DNA of 63,877 bases, filler included, from Octopus bimaculoides (GCF_001194135.2; 7 parts of 6 records of this genome joined end to end with filler, not necessarily neighbours in it), one strand, 5' to 3'. Positions 25,420 through 37,327 are shown, counted from the first letter of the whole stretch. The notes: generated from the sequence alone by a model not told the origin. A program made the numbers and translations.

Positions 25420-25990
25420 ATCATCATTATCATCATCATCATCATCATCTTCATCATTTAGCATCTGTTTTCCATGCTGGCATGGGTTAGTCGGTTTGAC
25501 TGGAACACGTAATCCAGAGAGCTGTACCAAGTTGCAGTCTTGATTTGACTGCAGTTTCTATACCTGGAGGCCCTTCATAATGCCAATCACTCCAAGAGTG
25601 TAGTGGGTGCCTTTTACGTGTCACCGGTATGGGTGCATTTTACACGCCACTTGCACAGGTGTTTTTCATGTGTCACTGGCATGGGTGCCTGTCACATACC
25701 ACTGGTATGGGTACATTTTACATGTCACTGGCACTGGACACAACTACAATTTTACTTAGTTTGATGAGTCTTCTCAAGCACAGCAAATTACCAAAGATCT
25801 CAATCACTTGTCATTATTTCTGTGAGACTCAACATCCAAAGATCATGTTTCACCACCTCATCCCATGTCTTCTTGGGTTGTCCTCTTCCACAGGTTCCCT
25901 CCACAGTTAGAAACCAGCACTTCTTAACACACCACATGATCATAGTTCTGTATTCTCTCTTGCACACCGCATCTAATGCCTCTTGCACCC
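25420..25990 (-). mobile_element. RTE LINE 3' end + 3' UTR with (GAT)n tail
   Basis: CVKKCWFLTVEGTCGRGQPKKTWDEVVKHDLWMLSLTE. UTR ends gcatggaaaacagatgctaaatgatg. Confidence 0.85.
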
Positions 25991-26314
25991 AATTTTTCTC
26001 TCAAGATTCTTACATTCTGTTGTACTTGCGCACTGACATTGCGCATCCAGTGAAAAATTAATCATGCATTATCTTGTGGCTTTGAGATTTCACTGATGTG
26101 ATTGTATATTTTTAGAATGGTATTGTAGGATGGGTGTGAGATGCCAGATCTAGCCAATTTGGACATAAAACATGCAGAATATTTTAGCCGGATATAACCA
26201 GTTTAAATGCTCAAGAGTGAAGGCTGTTGACAAGATTGAAAAAAATCACCTGACAATATCAGTTTGACATTGTGATGCAATCTTTGTGTGTGTGAAGGAA
26301 GGGGTGTTACTAAT

Positions 26315-26345
<31 letters not shown>

Positions 26346-26618
26346 GTGTATGTATGTATGTATGTATGTATATGTATGTATATACATGTGTGTATGCATA
26401 TACATATCCTGCTGAGCACTGAAGTTGATGTAATTGACCTACCACTCCCCCAAAATTGTTAGTTTTGAATCAAGATTTGAAACCACTATCATAAAACAAT
26501 GAGTTCCTTTTCTTTGTTGCCTTTTGTCCTATCAGGGTTGGTAAAGTAAATTACCAGTTAAATATAGGGAATCAGCATAATCAACTGCTAGCCTTGTAGC
26601 TAAATATCTAAAAAAAAT

Positions 26619-26649
<31 letters not shown>

Positions 26650-26653
<4 letters not shown>

Positions 26654-27017
26654 TCCACCTTAGCGAAGGCGGAGGTATTGTTTTCAGTCGTGTTTGTTTG
26701 TCTGTCCGTGGACAAGATATCTCAAGAACTGGTGGATGGATTCTGATGAAGCTTTCAGGAATGTTTGGCCTCATGACTGGCATGAACTGATTAGATTTTG
26801 GGATTGATCTGGTGCTGGACAAGGATTCTGGATTATTTTTCCCGTTTTTTTTTACTTAATTTTTGATAGCAGTCAGGTTCATTTTTAATATTCTCTTTTG
26901 TGGGAGCAGTCAAGTTTATTTCAGATATTCTCATTTTAAAAATCACCTCTGGTTAATCATTGAGAGGACATTTATGTTGCGTTGGGGGAGGTTTGCGCTC
27001 TCTGAGTGCTCTTGTTA
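26650..27017 (+). mobile_element. Non-autonomous Helentron-associated (HINE/DINE-like) element
   Basis: 5' hairpin TACCTCCACCTT-agcg-AAGGCGGAGGTA, short (gttt/gtct) repeat, 3' ggaggt + GCGCTC-tct-GAGTGC hairpin, T-rich insertion site. Confidence 0.6.
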
Positions 27018-27054
27018 TCATTATTTTCTTATTGATTTGCATTTTATTTCATCT

Positions 27055-27213
27055 TCCAACTGGGTGGTTGGTGTTAGGAAGGGCATCCAGCTGTAGAAAC
27101 TCTGCCAAATCAGATTGGAGCCTGGTGTAGCCATCTGGTTCACCAGTCCTCTGTCAAATTGTCCAACCCATGCTAGCATGGAAAGCGGACGTTAAACGAT
27201 GATGATGATGATG
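27055..27213 (+). mobile_element. RTE-type 3' UTR/tail fragment
   Basis: gaagggcatccagctgtagaaactctgcc...catgctagcatggaaagcggacgttaaacgatgatgat. Confidence 0.8.
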
Positions 27214-27319
27214 GGTCTCAACAAAGAGACCCAGTTGGAAGGTATGTATAAATTAGTATGGAGATATGTATATATTAGATGGAAAGACTATGGCCATGCT
27301 TGGGTAACTCCTTGAAGGG

Positions 27320-27640
27320 ATTAGTTGAACAATGCAACCCCAACAGCTTATTTTCTGAAAGCCTTTCATCCCTTGTTGCAGAACTGCTCAGTTACAGGGA
27401 TGTAAAGAAACCAACGCCGGCTGTCAAATGGTGGTGGGGGATAAACACAAAGAAACACTCACATGTACACATGCGTGTGCATGTGACAGGTTCCTTACAG
27501 TTTCTGTCTGCCAAATCCTCTCACAAGGCTTTAATTGGCCTGGGGTTATAGTAGAAGACACCTACCTAAGGTGCCATGCTGTGGGCTGAACCTGAGACCA
27601 TGTAATTGGGAAGCAAACCCCTTATCACATAGCCACACCT
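27320..27640 (-). mobile_element. SINE family A, decayed
   Basis: Reverse complement of the family A body and head. Confidence 0.7.
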
Positions 27641-27904
27641 ATATCAGCATCATCATTATCATCATCGCCAGTATCACCTCCGTCACTACCACTGCTGCCA
27701 CCACTGCCAGCTCGTCACCTTTTCCTTTAGAAAACCCATTTTCAATTCATTTCGTATAAACACCAAGAAATTTGATGAAAGATTATGTGGTATGACGTCA
27801 GTGTCTGGGGAGGCTGACCGGAAGGGGAAACAGCGCAGAGAGTGATGATTATGAGGAATATATACCAAAATTTTCAACAATAGAGAGAGAAAAAACTTAC
27901 ATAG

Positions 27905-28570
27905 AAATAGTTTAATATTCATTCATATACTTAATTATTTACTTATTAGGCGGTATCTATAAAGACGGATCACTGGCATTTACTAAAGGGATACTGGAGT
28001 GATAGAACATGCTATCGATATATTAATTATAATCTAAGAGGTATATTATAAGTTGTGAAGTTACTGGTGCTATTATATACAAGCTAATATAAATTTCTAG
28101 GGGTACAAAATTAGGAGGTTTACTTATACAAAGGATATTATAAAAATAATATGATCAGTTGGGTAGAATACCATAGAAAGGAATAAATAGTTTAATCACT
28201 AAAACCATAATGCAGTATATAAACCATATTATGAATAATAGAAAGAGAAGATTATATAGAATTTGTTTAATAATTCTATCATTATACTTAATTATTTACT
28301 TATTAGGTGGTATCTATAAAGACTGATCACTGGTATTTACTAAAGGAATATCGGGGTGGTAGAACATGCTAACTATATATTAATAAGCTAAGAGGTATAA
28401 TATAAGTTGTAAAGTTTCCAGTGCTAAATACATACATGATAATATAGTTTCCTAGGGGTACATAAATAGGAGGACTACTTACATAAAGGCCTTTCTAAAA
28501 ATGATAATATGATCAGAAGGGTGGAACACTAGAAAAAGGAATAAATAGTTTAATTACTAAAACCATGATG
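27905..28570. repeat. Direct tandem duplication, period about 357 bp
   Basis: tacttaattatttacttattagg at 27928 and 28285; gaataaatagtttaat.actaaaacc at 28181 and 28539. Confidence 0.85.
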
Positions 28571-28799
28571 ACGTTAGACTAACTAGGCAGGAATATACAT
28601 AGGATAGTATACTAACTCTATGTAGCACACTAATTTACTATACTATTATATGCAGTGTACTTTAATTCTTCATGTAGCTGAATATCACCTGATTTATTTA
28701 TATATATATATAATACTAGAGGGTAAGTATGATTAGATACAACACTAAAATTTTAAAAATTAGTTTCCATCAATCCAGCTCAAGTACAACACCTATAAA

Positions 28800-29050
28800 A
28801 CGCTAATTTCGAAAATATTTAAATGTATGGGTGACACTATGTATGTATGATACCCTTAGGTCTAATCCATTGTTAGTCAGGTTGCTCTTGTCCTTATGAT
28901 TAAAAATCTCATATGTTTCCATAGAGCACAGCTCACACCCATATCTACTATTTCTATAAGGCTGTGCTTTCCTTATTATTTCCCATTTAAGGCCAAACTC
29001 AATCCCGCTTTCCTTCAGTTCCCAAATCTTACAAGATAATGACATGCAAT
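28800..29050 (-). mobile_element. Penelope-like GIY-YIG endonuclease C-terminal fragment
   Basis: LSCKIWELKESGIEFGLKWEIIRKAQPYRNSRYGCELCSMETYEI matches the LS..IW.LK...I.W.I...Y....C.LC..E pattern of PLEs. Confidence 0.8.
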
Positions 29051-30309
29051 TAACCTTATGTCCTTCCTAATGCCAACCACTTAATAAAGTGTGCTGGGTG
29101 TCTTTTACGTGTCACCGTCATGAGTGTGTTTACACAAAACTGACATGGGTGCATTAATGCAGGACTGGCACAGGTGCCTTTTTAAGTGGCACTGGCACCT
29201 GAAAGGACAAGCATGTATGTTCTCCCAGTTCCTTGTTTTCTCCTCAGTGAGTTCAAATTCTGCTGAGGTCAACTTTGCTTTTCATCCGTTCAGGATCAAT
29301 AAAATAGATACCAGTTGAGTACTGGGGTCTATGTAATTGACTTATCCCATCCCCAGAAATTGCTAGCATTGTGCCAAAATTTGGAACCAATATTCTGGAA
29401 TTATTTTCATTTGTTTTGAAATGTTTTATTTTGACTTATACAAAGAATTTTACTGTTTCTTTCTTTAAACAGTGCTTTTGCTCTCTCCCTCATGAAGTTG
29501 TAATAATGTCAGCTACCAAAGAAAATGGTCGTGAAGAAATTGAGGAACCACGAAAAAAGGAAAAGAGAAAACCAATCATCATATCACTGGCTCTGTTCTA
29601 GTTAAAAAAAAAAAATTGTAAAAAAAATGTTGATTAATTAAAACGTGAGTTGGTTTTTATAGAGAATATTGAAGTTGCTTTTCATTGTTTCTCCTTCAAA
29701 TAACAACTGAGAAATCATTTACAGAATCTGGGAAAATATCAGAAAAGCCAAAGTTGAAGAGAAAATATTTACACTATCATTAAGATATTTGTATATCATT
29801 TTGTATAAACAAAACAACTTGATATTGTAACTAGACAAATATCTGATGTTTTTTATGACCTTCTAGTTACACCAGAACACATTTAAATATCTGTGCATGT
29901 GTATGTGTATATGTGTGTGTATTTGTGTGTGTGTATATATACCACCGAGAGAATTGTCAGTAAATTCATGTAACAACCTTCATAATTTATATGTAATTTT
30001 CCACATAACACTATATCTATCAATCTGTCAGTCTGTCTATTTATCTAGTTGTCTATCTCTACATCTCTCCATCTATCCAAATGTACTACTTCACTACCAT
30101 GTAATACAGAGAGTACAACTTTACCTCTCTCTCTCACACACATACACACACTCACAAATACATGCACATAATAGAGTTTAGAGATGTTAACCTCTCTAAA
30201 CTTAATTTATTACATTGTCTACATTTTCTTATATAAAGTATATCTCTGCATATTTCTCATTATATAACACAATATATATTTTATCTCTCTGTATTTCACA
30301 AATACATAA

Positions 30310-30383
<74 letters not shown>

Positions 30384-30460
30384 CACGAGCAACATAAAAG
30401 ATTTTATATAAATCAAACATTTTTTGGAATAAAGATATAAAAGAAAAGACTTAATCAGTA

Positions 30461-31033
30461 ATGGAACACAAGAAGACCATTAAAATAAACCAAAACCATA
30501 GACTATTCTACACCAATGTATTCCCAGCATCCAAAAAATGGTGGCACCAGTTAACAAGAAATACAAACCAAAGAAAGACAACTCTCTTCAATATCTCAGA
30601 ATCATCTAGAAATGTCTGGCAAATTCTCTTCTTTGTGATGACAATTAAACTCAGTTCAGCTAGTCCATTTCCAATTTCTGATTCTTCAGTGCCAAATGTG
30701 GATTTTGCTTACATTTCACCAAATTCTTTAACTTTACCAAACCAGACGTTATGGCTTGGTTTCTTGCCAGCCATGCTTCTTGGAGGCGGTGGCAAGAGGT
30801 CAGCTGGTGCACTGACCACAGCCATTGAAGATGTAAACCAAAGTAAAGAATTCACCAGGAATGGTATAAAGCTTGGTTTCTGTTACTATGATGCTAAAGG
30901 AAATTCTTTGGCTGCCTTGAAAGCCATGACAGCATTATACATGAAGGGTGTGTCTGCTTTCATTGGACCAGAAGGTACTTGTAACTATGAAGCTGCCCTA
31001 GCAACAGCCTGGAATATTCCATTGATTTCCTAT
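30461..31033 (+). CDS. Receptor guanylyl cyclase / natriuretic peptide receptor-like protein, first coding exon (signal peptide + start of ANF_receptor ectodomain), 191 codons
   Basis: ATG at 30461 in context gtaATGG with an in-frame TAA at 30452. Hydrophobic stretch VWQILFFVMTIKL, then family motifs AIEDVN, DAKGNSLAAL and VSAFIGPEGTCNYEAALATAWNIPLISY. Donor TAT|gtaagt at 31034, phase 0. Confidence 0.9.
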
Positions 31034-31099
31034 GTAAGTAGATATTTTGGTTTTGTTTACAGAAGAGCAAAGTCGCAGATTGAAGGGTGATTGTGTTGG

Positions 31100-31930
31100 T
31101 GAGGCGTTGGATACTGAAACATCTGATGAGTGGAACAGATGAACTGAGTTATAGGAGAGACAAACTGAAGTATCAGACATCAAGCTTAGGCAGTGGACAG
31201 ACAGGGTGAGGCTTAGGACAGGCAAGCTGTTGTACAGGACAATAAGCTTAGGTGTTAGCCAACAGACTGAGGTATCAGACAAGTTTAGATGGTGGATACC
31301 CAAACTGGGGTGTTAGACAACAAAACTGCAGTATAGGACAAGTTTAGGTGTGGACAACAAGCTTAGGAGTCAGACAACAAGTTTAGGTGTTTGATAAACA
31401 AACTGAGAGGGAGGATAACAAACTGAGACATAGGACAACAAACTAAAGTTTCAGATAGATAAATGGCTGAACTGTCAAACAGACAACAAGCTGAGGTACC
31501 TGTGAAAAATCTGGGATATTTATCAAATAGCTGAGGTACAGGCCAAGTAGCTTTGAAACAGCCAAGGTACCCAACAAACAGCTGATGTATTTATGGAAAT
31601 AGCTGAGATGTTTGAGAAACAGATTGTTAAAGTGGAGTGTTGGGCAAACAGCTAGAGTGTTGAACAAATAGCCAAGGTGTGAGACAGTCAAGGGTTGTTG
31701 GATAGATAGCTGGGTTAATTGAACAGATGGCTGGGGTGTTGGAAAAACAATTTACTGTGATAGATAAACAAACAGCTGGGATGTTGGACAGACAGCTGAG
31801 GTGTTTGGAAAAACAGCTCAGGTGTTGGACATACAGCTCAGATGTTTGATAAGCAGCTGGGGTATTTAAGATACAAATAGCTGAAGAGTTGGATAAACAG
31901 CCAGCCAGTGTTGGAGACACACACAGCTGC
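31100..31930. repeat. Degenerate minisatellite (about 20-bp unit, AAACAGCTGAGGTGTTGGAC-like) filling most of intron 1
   Basis: Recurrent acagctg/aagcttag + ggtgtt + gga/gac motifs over about 830 bp. Confidence 0.75.
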
Positions 31931-32060
31931 TAGAACTACCAGCTAATTATCCTTTGCTCTCATTAATTTACAAATATAAATTAAAATTATTAGATGCTAT
32001 TCCAGCAGGGCAATCAAACAATATCTATTATTTCTCATATTCATGTGTCTTCCATTACAG

Positions 32061-32355
32061 AAATGTTCCGAAGAGGTTCAAATGAAACAAAACCATTTGC
32101 TCACATTTGCCAGAACTCAGCCATCAACATCCAAAGTAAGTGAATCGATTATTGCACTTCTGCAACATTATCAATGGTTTCAGTTTGTTATTGTGGTTGG
32201 TAGTCGTCCAATCTGGCAGGAGACGGCTGATGCTCTCACTAAACTGGCGGCCAAAAACAACTTCACGGTTCGGGATGTTGCACACTTTGACGAACCCTAC
32301 ATAAGTGGTGGTGGTGTACGTAAGATCGTCATGGACACCTATGAAAATACTCACA
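32061..32355 (+). CDS. Receptor guanylyl cyclase/NPR-like, coding exon 2
   Basis: Acceptor ttccattacag|, phase 0. KCSEEVQMKQNHLLTFARTQPSTSKVSESIIALLQHYQWFQFVIVV matches the TFART...LL..Y.W motif of ANF_receptor domains. Donor CAC A|gtaaga at 32356, phase 1. Confidence 0.92.
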
Positions 32356-33349
32356 GTAAGAAAGACTCACTATTATCTGTGTTTTATTTTTGGTTTTTGT
32401 TCATTTTCCCCCTGATAACATTATTATTATTATTTTTTATTTTATTTGCTGTGTCTGGAGAAAGAGGCAGCATCTATGGCACTTTGCATGTCTTTCAAGA
32501 AATGGTGAAGTTGTTCATGTTAATGTTCTGAATAAATCATTGAAGGCAGACATCAGTCTGCCGGAACGATATGAGCACAGAGGAGATTCCAGTGGGATGA
32601 GGTTCAAGGGAAGAAAGGATTGGGTATAGGGGTTAGAGTGGGGGAAGGAGGATGTGGATGAGCAATTGGAAGCCGCTGCTGAAGTTGTTGCTGTTGCTGC
32701 TATTGTTGTTGTTGCTATTGTTTTGTTATAGTTGTTGTTATTGTTGTCGCTATTGTTTTTTTGTTGTTGTTACTGCTATTGTTTTGTTGCTGTTACTATT
32801 GTTGTTGTTGTTGTTGTTGCCTTTGCTGTCTTTGTTGCTGCTTCTGTTGTTGTTGAAACAAAGAAAATGTTAAAACCACGACAAAGTCATTATGTAAAGC
32901 CATGTGAAAATTTTAAAAAATTCTTCAATACAATGGTCCAACCTGTCACTCCCCACTTCAGCATAATGGGCCATTCCATTACCCATTTATCAGCACAATT
33001 TAGGAAACTGAAAGAACAACGTTTCATGTTCAAACTCGAAACCATGGCATTGACGGGTCTAAATGACTGTTTTCCTACACCACTTAGTTCACTAATCCCA
33101 TTCTTATCCTTAAACTCATACCTCAGCTCAATTTTTTACTCTACTTCATCCTCACCTGCTTCTCTTCTTTTCATTTTTCTATCCTTCTCCTTCCCTCACC
33201 TCTTTTCTCTTGACCCTTGAAGGAATAAAAAGGTAAAGTCGACCTCAGCAGGATTTGAACTCAGAATGTAGACAGTCAGAACTAATACAACAAAGCAATT
33301 TATATGACACTTTTACAACTCTGCTAATGTATCACTCGAGGCTGTGAGG

Positions 33350-33510
33350 TGTATGCATGGCCATGTGGTTAAGATGCTTGCTTCCCAATTGCATGGCTTT
33401 GGGTTCAGTCCCACAGCATGGCACCTTGGGCGAGTGTCTTTCATTATAGCCCAGGACTGACTAAGGTCTTGTGAGTAGATTTTGTAGAGAGATATTGAAA
33501 GAAGTCAGTT
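33350..33510 (+). mobile_element. SINE family A 5' half (also about 47580-47730 +, 37630-37760 -)
   Basis: catggccatgtggttaagatgcttgcttccc...gggttcagtccca...caccttgggcgagtgtc. Confidence 0.75.
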
Positions 33511-33511
33511 G

Positions 33512-33551
<40 letters not shown>

Positions 33552-33864
33552 ATTAAGGTGGCTATCTGCAATTTAAAAACCAAAAGGTCCAAGTACAAAC
33601 ATCACTAAAGTGACTAAAGGTGCAGATCAGCAGCAGCATTGCTAGAAACAAGAGTCAAAACAACTCTTAGCCATGGGCAAAGTACTTATCTATTGACTGA
33701 CAAGGGAGACCAACCTCCCTATAGCAAGCGAGGAGTGTCAAATCATGAGTTAATCCTCATCAGTGACACTTACTCTGTTGCCTTGGGTTAAATGGAGCTT
33801 GCTTTGTCAGTTTATAGCAAATACCATAGCAATCATTTACTGATTCAGTAAACTGAGTGTATTT

Positions 33865-34179
33865 GGAGGCGCAATGGCCCAGTGGTTAGGGAAGCGGACT
33901 CGCGGTCGGAGGATTGTGGTTTCGATTCCCAGACCGGGCGTTGTGAGTGTTTATTGAGCAAAAACACCTAAAGCTCCACGAGGCTCCGGCAGGGGGTGGT
34001 GGCGACCCCTGTTATACTCTTTCGCCCCTGCTTTCTCTCACTCTTTCTTCCTGTTTCTTGAGTAACGCTGCGATGGACTGGTGTCCCATCCAGCTGGGGG
34101 GAACACATACGCCATAGAAACTGGGAAACCGGCCCCATGAGCCTGGCTAGGCTTTGAAAGGGCACATAAATAAATAAAT
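33865..34179 (+). mobile_element. tRNA-derived SINE, family B head with alternative 3' module, full length, 13-bp TSD
   Basis: Box A TGGCCCAGTGG, box B GGTTTCGATTCC, (TAAA)n tail. TSD AAACTGAGTGTAT at 33850-33862 and 34180-34192. Confidence 0.9.
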
Positions 34180-34728
34180 AAACTGAGTGTATATTTGTGT
34201 ATTCGTGTCTCCATGTCTTCACAGTGTGTGATAATTGCAAAATTGTAAAATAAGTTTACTAAACAGAACAGGAGGAGACATATGAGATTGAGAGTCACTG
34301 AAGAGATCACGGGATATGTGACAAAAGATTTAAGGCAAAGGGCAATAAAATAAGAACAAGTGAAGAATGAGTTTATAGTGTGAGTTTATTTGGTTAAAAA
34401 AAAAATAAGTGTCAAAAGCAGCATCATTTATATCCAGTGTTCTACAAAAATATATCTAGTCATGGAGAAATATCTCCTTGCATGGAAACAGGAAATGGTT
34501 GGTGACAGGAAGAGCATCTGGCCATATAATATCTTGAAAATCTGACTCAACAGACTCCAATTGTCTTTGCAAGCATGGACAATTGAACATTAATATGACA
34601 ATGAAATGATATACAACAGAACTATTTCAATCAATTCTTTTCCTATATCGATTAGGCTAATTGGTAAAAGCCATCTTTGTCTAAATATATTTTTTAATTA
34701 ATTACCCACCTTAATGTTGTGCTGTCAG

Positions 34729-34878
34729 TTTATATATTTTTAGGGGACCATCATGCTCTTACTGAATTTGTACGGACACTGAAGTCTATGGGGCTGACAG
34801 ACAGTGGGGACTATGTCACCATAGGGGTCAATGATCAACCTGATGACCCTGCAAAAAGAATAAAGTATTTCATTTTTG
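34729..34878 (+). CDS. Receptor guanylyl cyclase/NPR-like, coding exon 3
   Basis: Acceptor gctgtcag|. A+TT joins exon 2 to give THIYIFLGDHHALTEFVRTLKSMGLTDSGDYVTIGV, like TRIYVF...GL...GEY in receptor GCs. Donor TTT G|gtaagt at 34879, phase 1. Confidence 0.9.
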
Positions 34879-34979
34879 GTAAGTTGTTGATGTTGTTGTT
34901 GTTGTTGTTTTAGCCCCAGGTCAGTCCTGCTCAGGTAGATCTTCAGTCAATGATGTCCCATACATGATCATGCTAAGTA

Positions 34980-35790
34980 TTTAGTTGTAGTGGTAGTAGT
35001 AGTAATTAGTGTTGACGGTGGTATTATTTGTAGTCAGTAGTTGTAATAGTTAGTAGTAGTAGGGGTGGTGGTAGTAATATTAGTTTTGACTGGGTGTTAA
35101 TAATAGTTAGTAGCAGCAGTAGTAGTAGTAGCTGTGGTGGTAGTAATAGGTAGTAGTAGCAGTAGTCAGTGGTAGTAGTAGTAGTAGAGGTGGTGATGGT
35201 GGTGATGGTGGTGTTGGTAGTGGTTGTTGTAGTTGCTGTGTGTTAGTGGTGGTGGTGTTGGGAGTGTTGGTGGTGTGATGGTGGTAGTGGTTGTAGTTGT
35301 GCTGGCTTTGTGGGGGGGGGTATCAGTAGTATAATGGTGGTGATGGAAGTAGTAGTAGTAAGAGTGGTGGTGGTGATGATTATGGTGGTAGTAGTGGTGA
35401 TGATAATGATGGTGGTGTAGTAGTACTAGTGGTGGGAGTGGTCTTAATGGGGTGGGGTGTTGACGGAAGTGGTGTTGATGGTGGTGGTGGTGTTGGTGGA
35501 GGTGGTGGTGATGTTGATGGTTGCTGTGGTGTTGATGGTAGTGGTAGTGGCAGTAGTGATAGTGTTGATGGTAGAGGTATTGATGGTGGTGGTGGTGGTG
35601 GTGGTGTTGATGGTGTTGGTGATGCTGATGGTAGTGGTGGTAGTGGTGATGGCAATGGTGGTAATGACTATAAGGTGATGACAACGATAGTGATGGTGTA
35701 ATAGTACTGCTGCTGCTGCTGGCGGTGGTGACATTGGTTGTAACGATTATGGTGGAGACGATGGTGGTGGTGGTATTAGTAGTTCTTTTG
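34980..35790. repeat. GGT/GTA/GAT mosaic trinucleotide array in intron 3
   Basis: Directly visible. Confidence 0.92.
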
Positions 35791-36349
35791 GAGGTACTAT
35801 GTTGCAATAAATCTCCCCTTCATGGCTTCAATGCTTTTATTAATTCATCATTAGTAACGAAACAATCTGACATTAGATAACAAGCTATATCTTACTCTCT
35901 CTCTCTTTCTCTCTTTCAGTGAAGGCCTCTGTTAATATTCCCCCCATCAAGTAGGGCGGTGGTTTACCATTTATCCATACTGTGACAGACAGAATGCCTT
36001 GCATTCCTTTATGATGCGTAGTAGTCTTAATGCATTGCCCAGTGTAACATCATCTTTTGGTCCCCTTGCGTGCCTTTGGTTCTGTCCAGTCTGTTGCAGA
36101 TATTCAGATGAGGTCTTCAGTTTGGGGTTACATCTCTTCTTTTCTCCCTTCAGTTTTGGAGTCCCTGAGAAAATAAAGGGACCACAGATGCTGCCCTTTT
36201 GTTCCTGAATAAATGGTAGAAGGGAAAAAACAAAAAAACAAAAAATGTAAATGTTTAGAGTTCAAATCTTATCAAAGTCGATTTTCTTAATCCTTCTGGG
36301 GTCAATAAAATAACCTGTCAAATACTGGGATTATTAGGGCACTGCTGAT

Positions 36350-36617
36350 GAAGAGGATTGACCTGCAAAAGTACTGTGCTGGTGTCACGTAAAAATCACT
36401 TGTGCCAGTGCCACATTAGAGCCCTGGTGATGGTGCCATATTAAAAGCATCCAGCACACTCTGTAAAGTGGTTGGCCTTAAGAAGAGTATCCAGCCATAG
36501 AAACCATGCCAAATCAGACTGAAACCTGGTGCAGCTCTCCAGCTTACCAGTTCCAGTCAAACAGTCCAACCCATGCCAGCATGGAAAAAAGACGTTAAAT
36601 GATGATGATGATGATGG
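36350..36617 (+). mobile_element. RTE-type 3' UTR/tail fragment
   Basis: Ends ccaacccatgccagcatggaaaaaagacgttaaatgatgatgat. Confidence 0.8.
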
Positions 36618-36619
36618 TG

Positions 36620-37095
36620 ATGAACTAATGATACTCCTTCCCACCCAGCTGGATTCCCCTAATGTGACCTACTAAGACAATGAATATTGTCCAACCACTT
36701 TGTTCTTGGTCTACTCCTTGGTCTCCTGCCAGTCATGGAGGCAGAGTCCTCGGGTACCTCCTCCATAGAGTCCTATCAGAAGCCATTACACATTTCGGTT
36801 AGAGTCCCAAATGTGACTAACTGAGACTATGGGTATTATCCAACCATCTCATTCTTGGTCTACCCTTAGGTCTCCTGCCAGTTGGCATGGCTTGAAGAAC
36901 CAGTTTTAGCATTCTTTCCTGTAACATTCTAACCACATGTTCATAGTACTGGAGCTGTGACTTCTTAGTGTGGAGATGTAGTGGCTCTGCCTGGAGAGAC
37001 TCTCTGATGTCTGAGTTACACACCCTATCAAGTACGTTGCTCGAGAAATCTTTCAGAGGAACCCCACTTTGGCCATTTGTATTCACAATCATACT
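36620..37095 (-). mobile_element. RTE LINE 3' end (second subfamily)
   Basis: LDRVCNSDIRESL...SQLQYYEHVVRM..ERMLKLVL..PTGRRPKGRPRMRWLD. Confidence 0.85.
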
Positions 37096-37327
37096 ATTTG
37101 GTCACTAACCAGCATTCAAGATAAGGATATGAATTAGATTGACCTGTGGTGCTGGTGTGGAAGTGGTATCAAGACTGGTGAGTGTAGGATTGGTCAGCTG
37201 ATATTTGCACATTTGGCACATGGTGCTACATGGTGCTACATGGTTCATCAGAAGGTGGCCTGCAGCATGCACAGAATGAGAGAATGATTAAAATATTTGT
37301 TCTGTTTTCTTTTTTTTTTTTTTGCAG

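Noticed and set aside
27795-27840. Hammerhead-like motif ctggggaggctgaccggaaggggaaacag
   Set aside because: The core lacks CUGANGA, and no consistent stems I-III can be drawn.
33865-33940. tRNA gene (also 61810-61886 and 62483-62560)
   Set aside because: Box A/B are present, but there is no complete cloverleaf or acceptor stem. The head runs into a SINE body, and the 33865 copy has a tail and TSD.
36001-36021. AFLYDA peptide resembling the missing next receptor exon
   Set aside because: It is immediately followed by TAG, lies before exon 4 and has no suitable acceptor; chance match.
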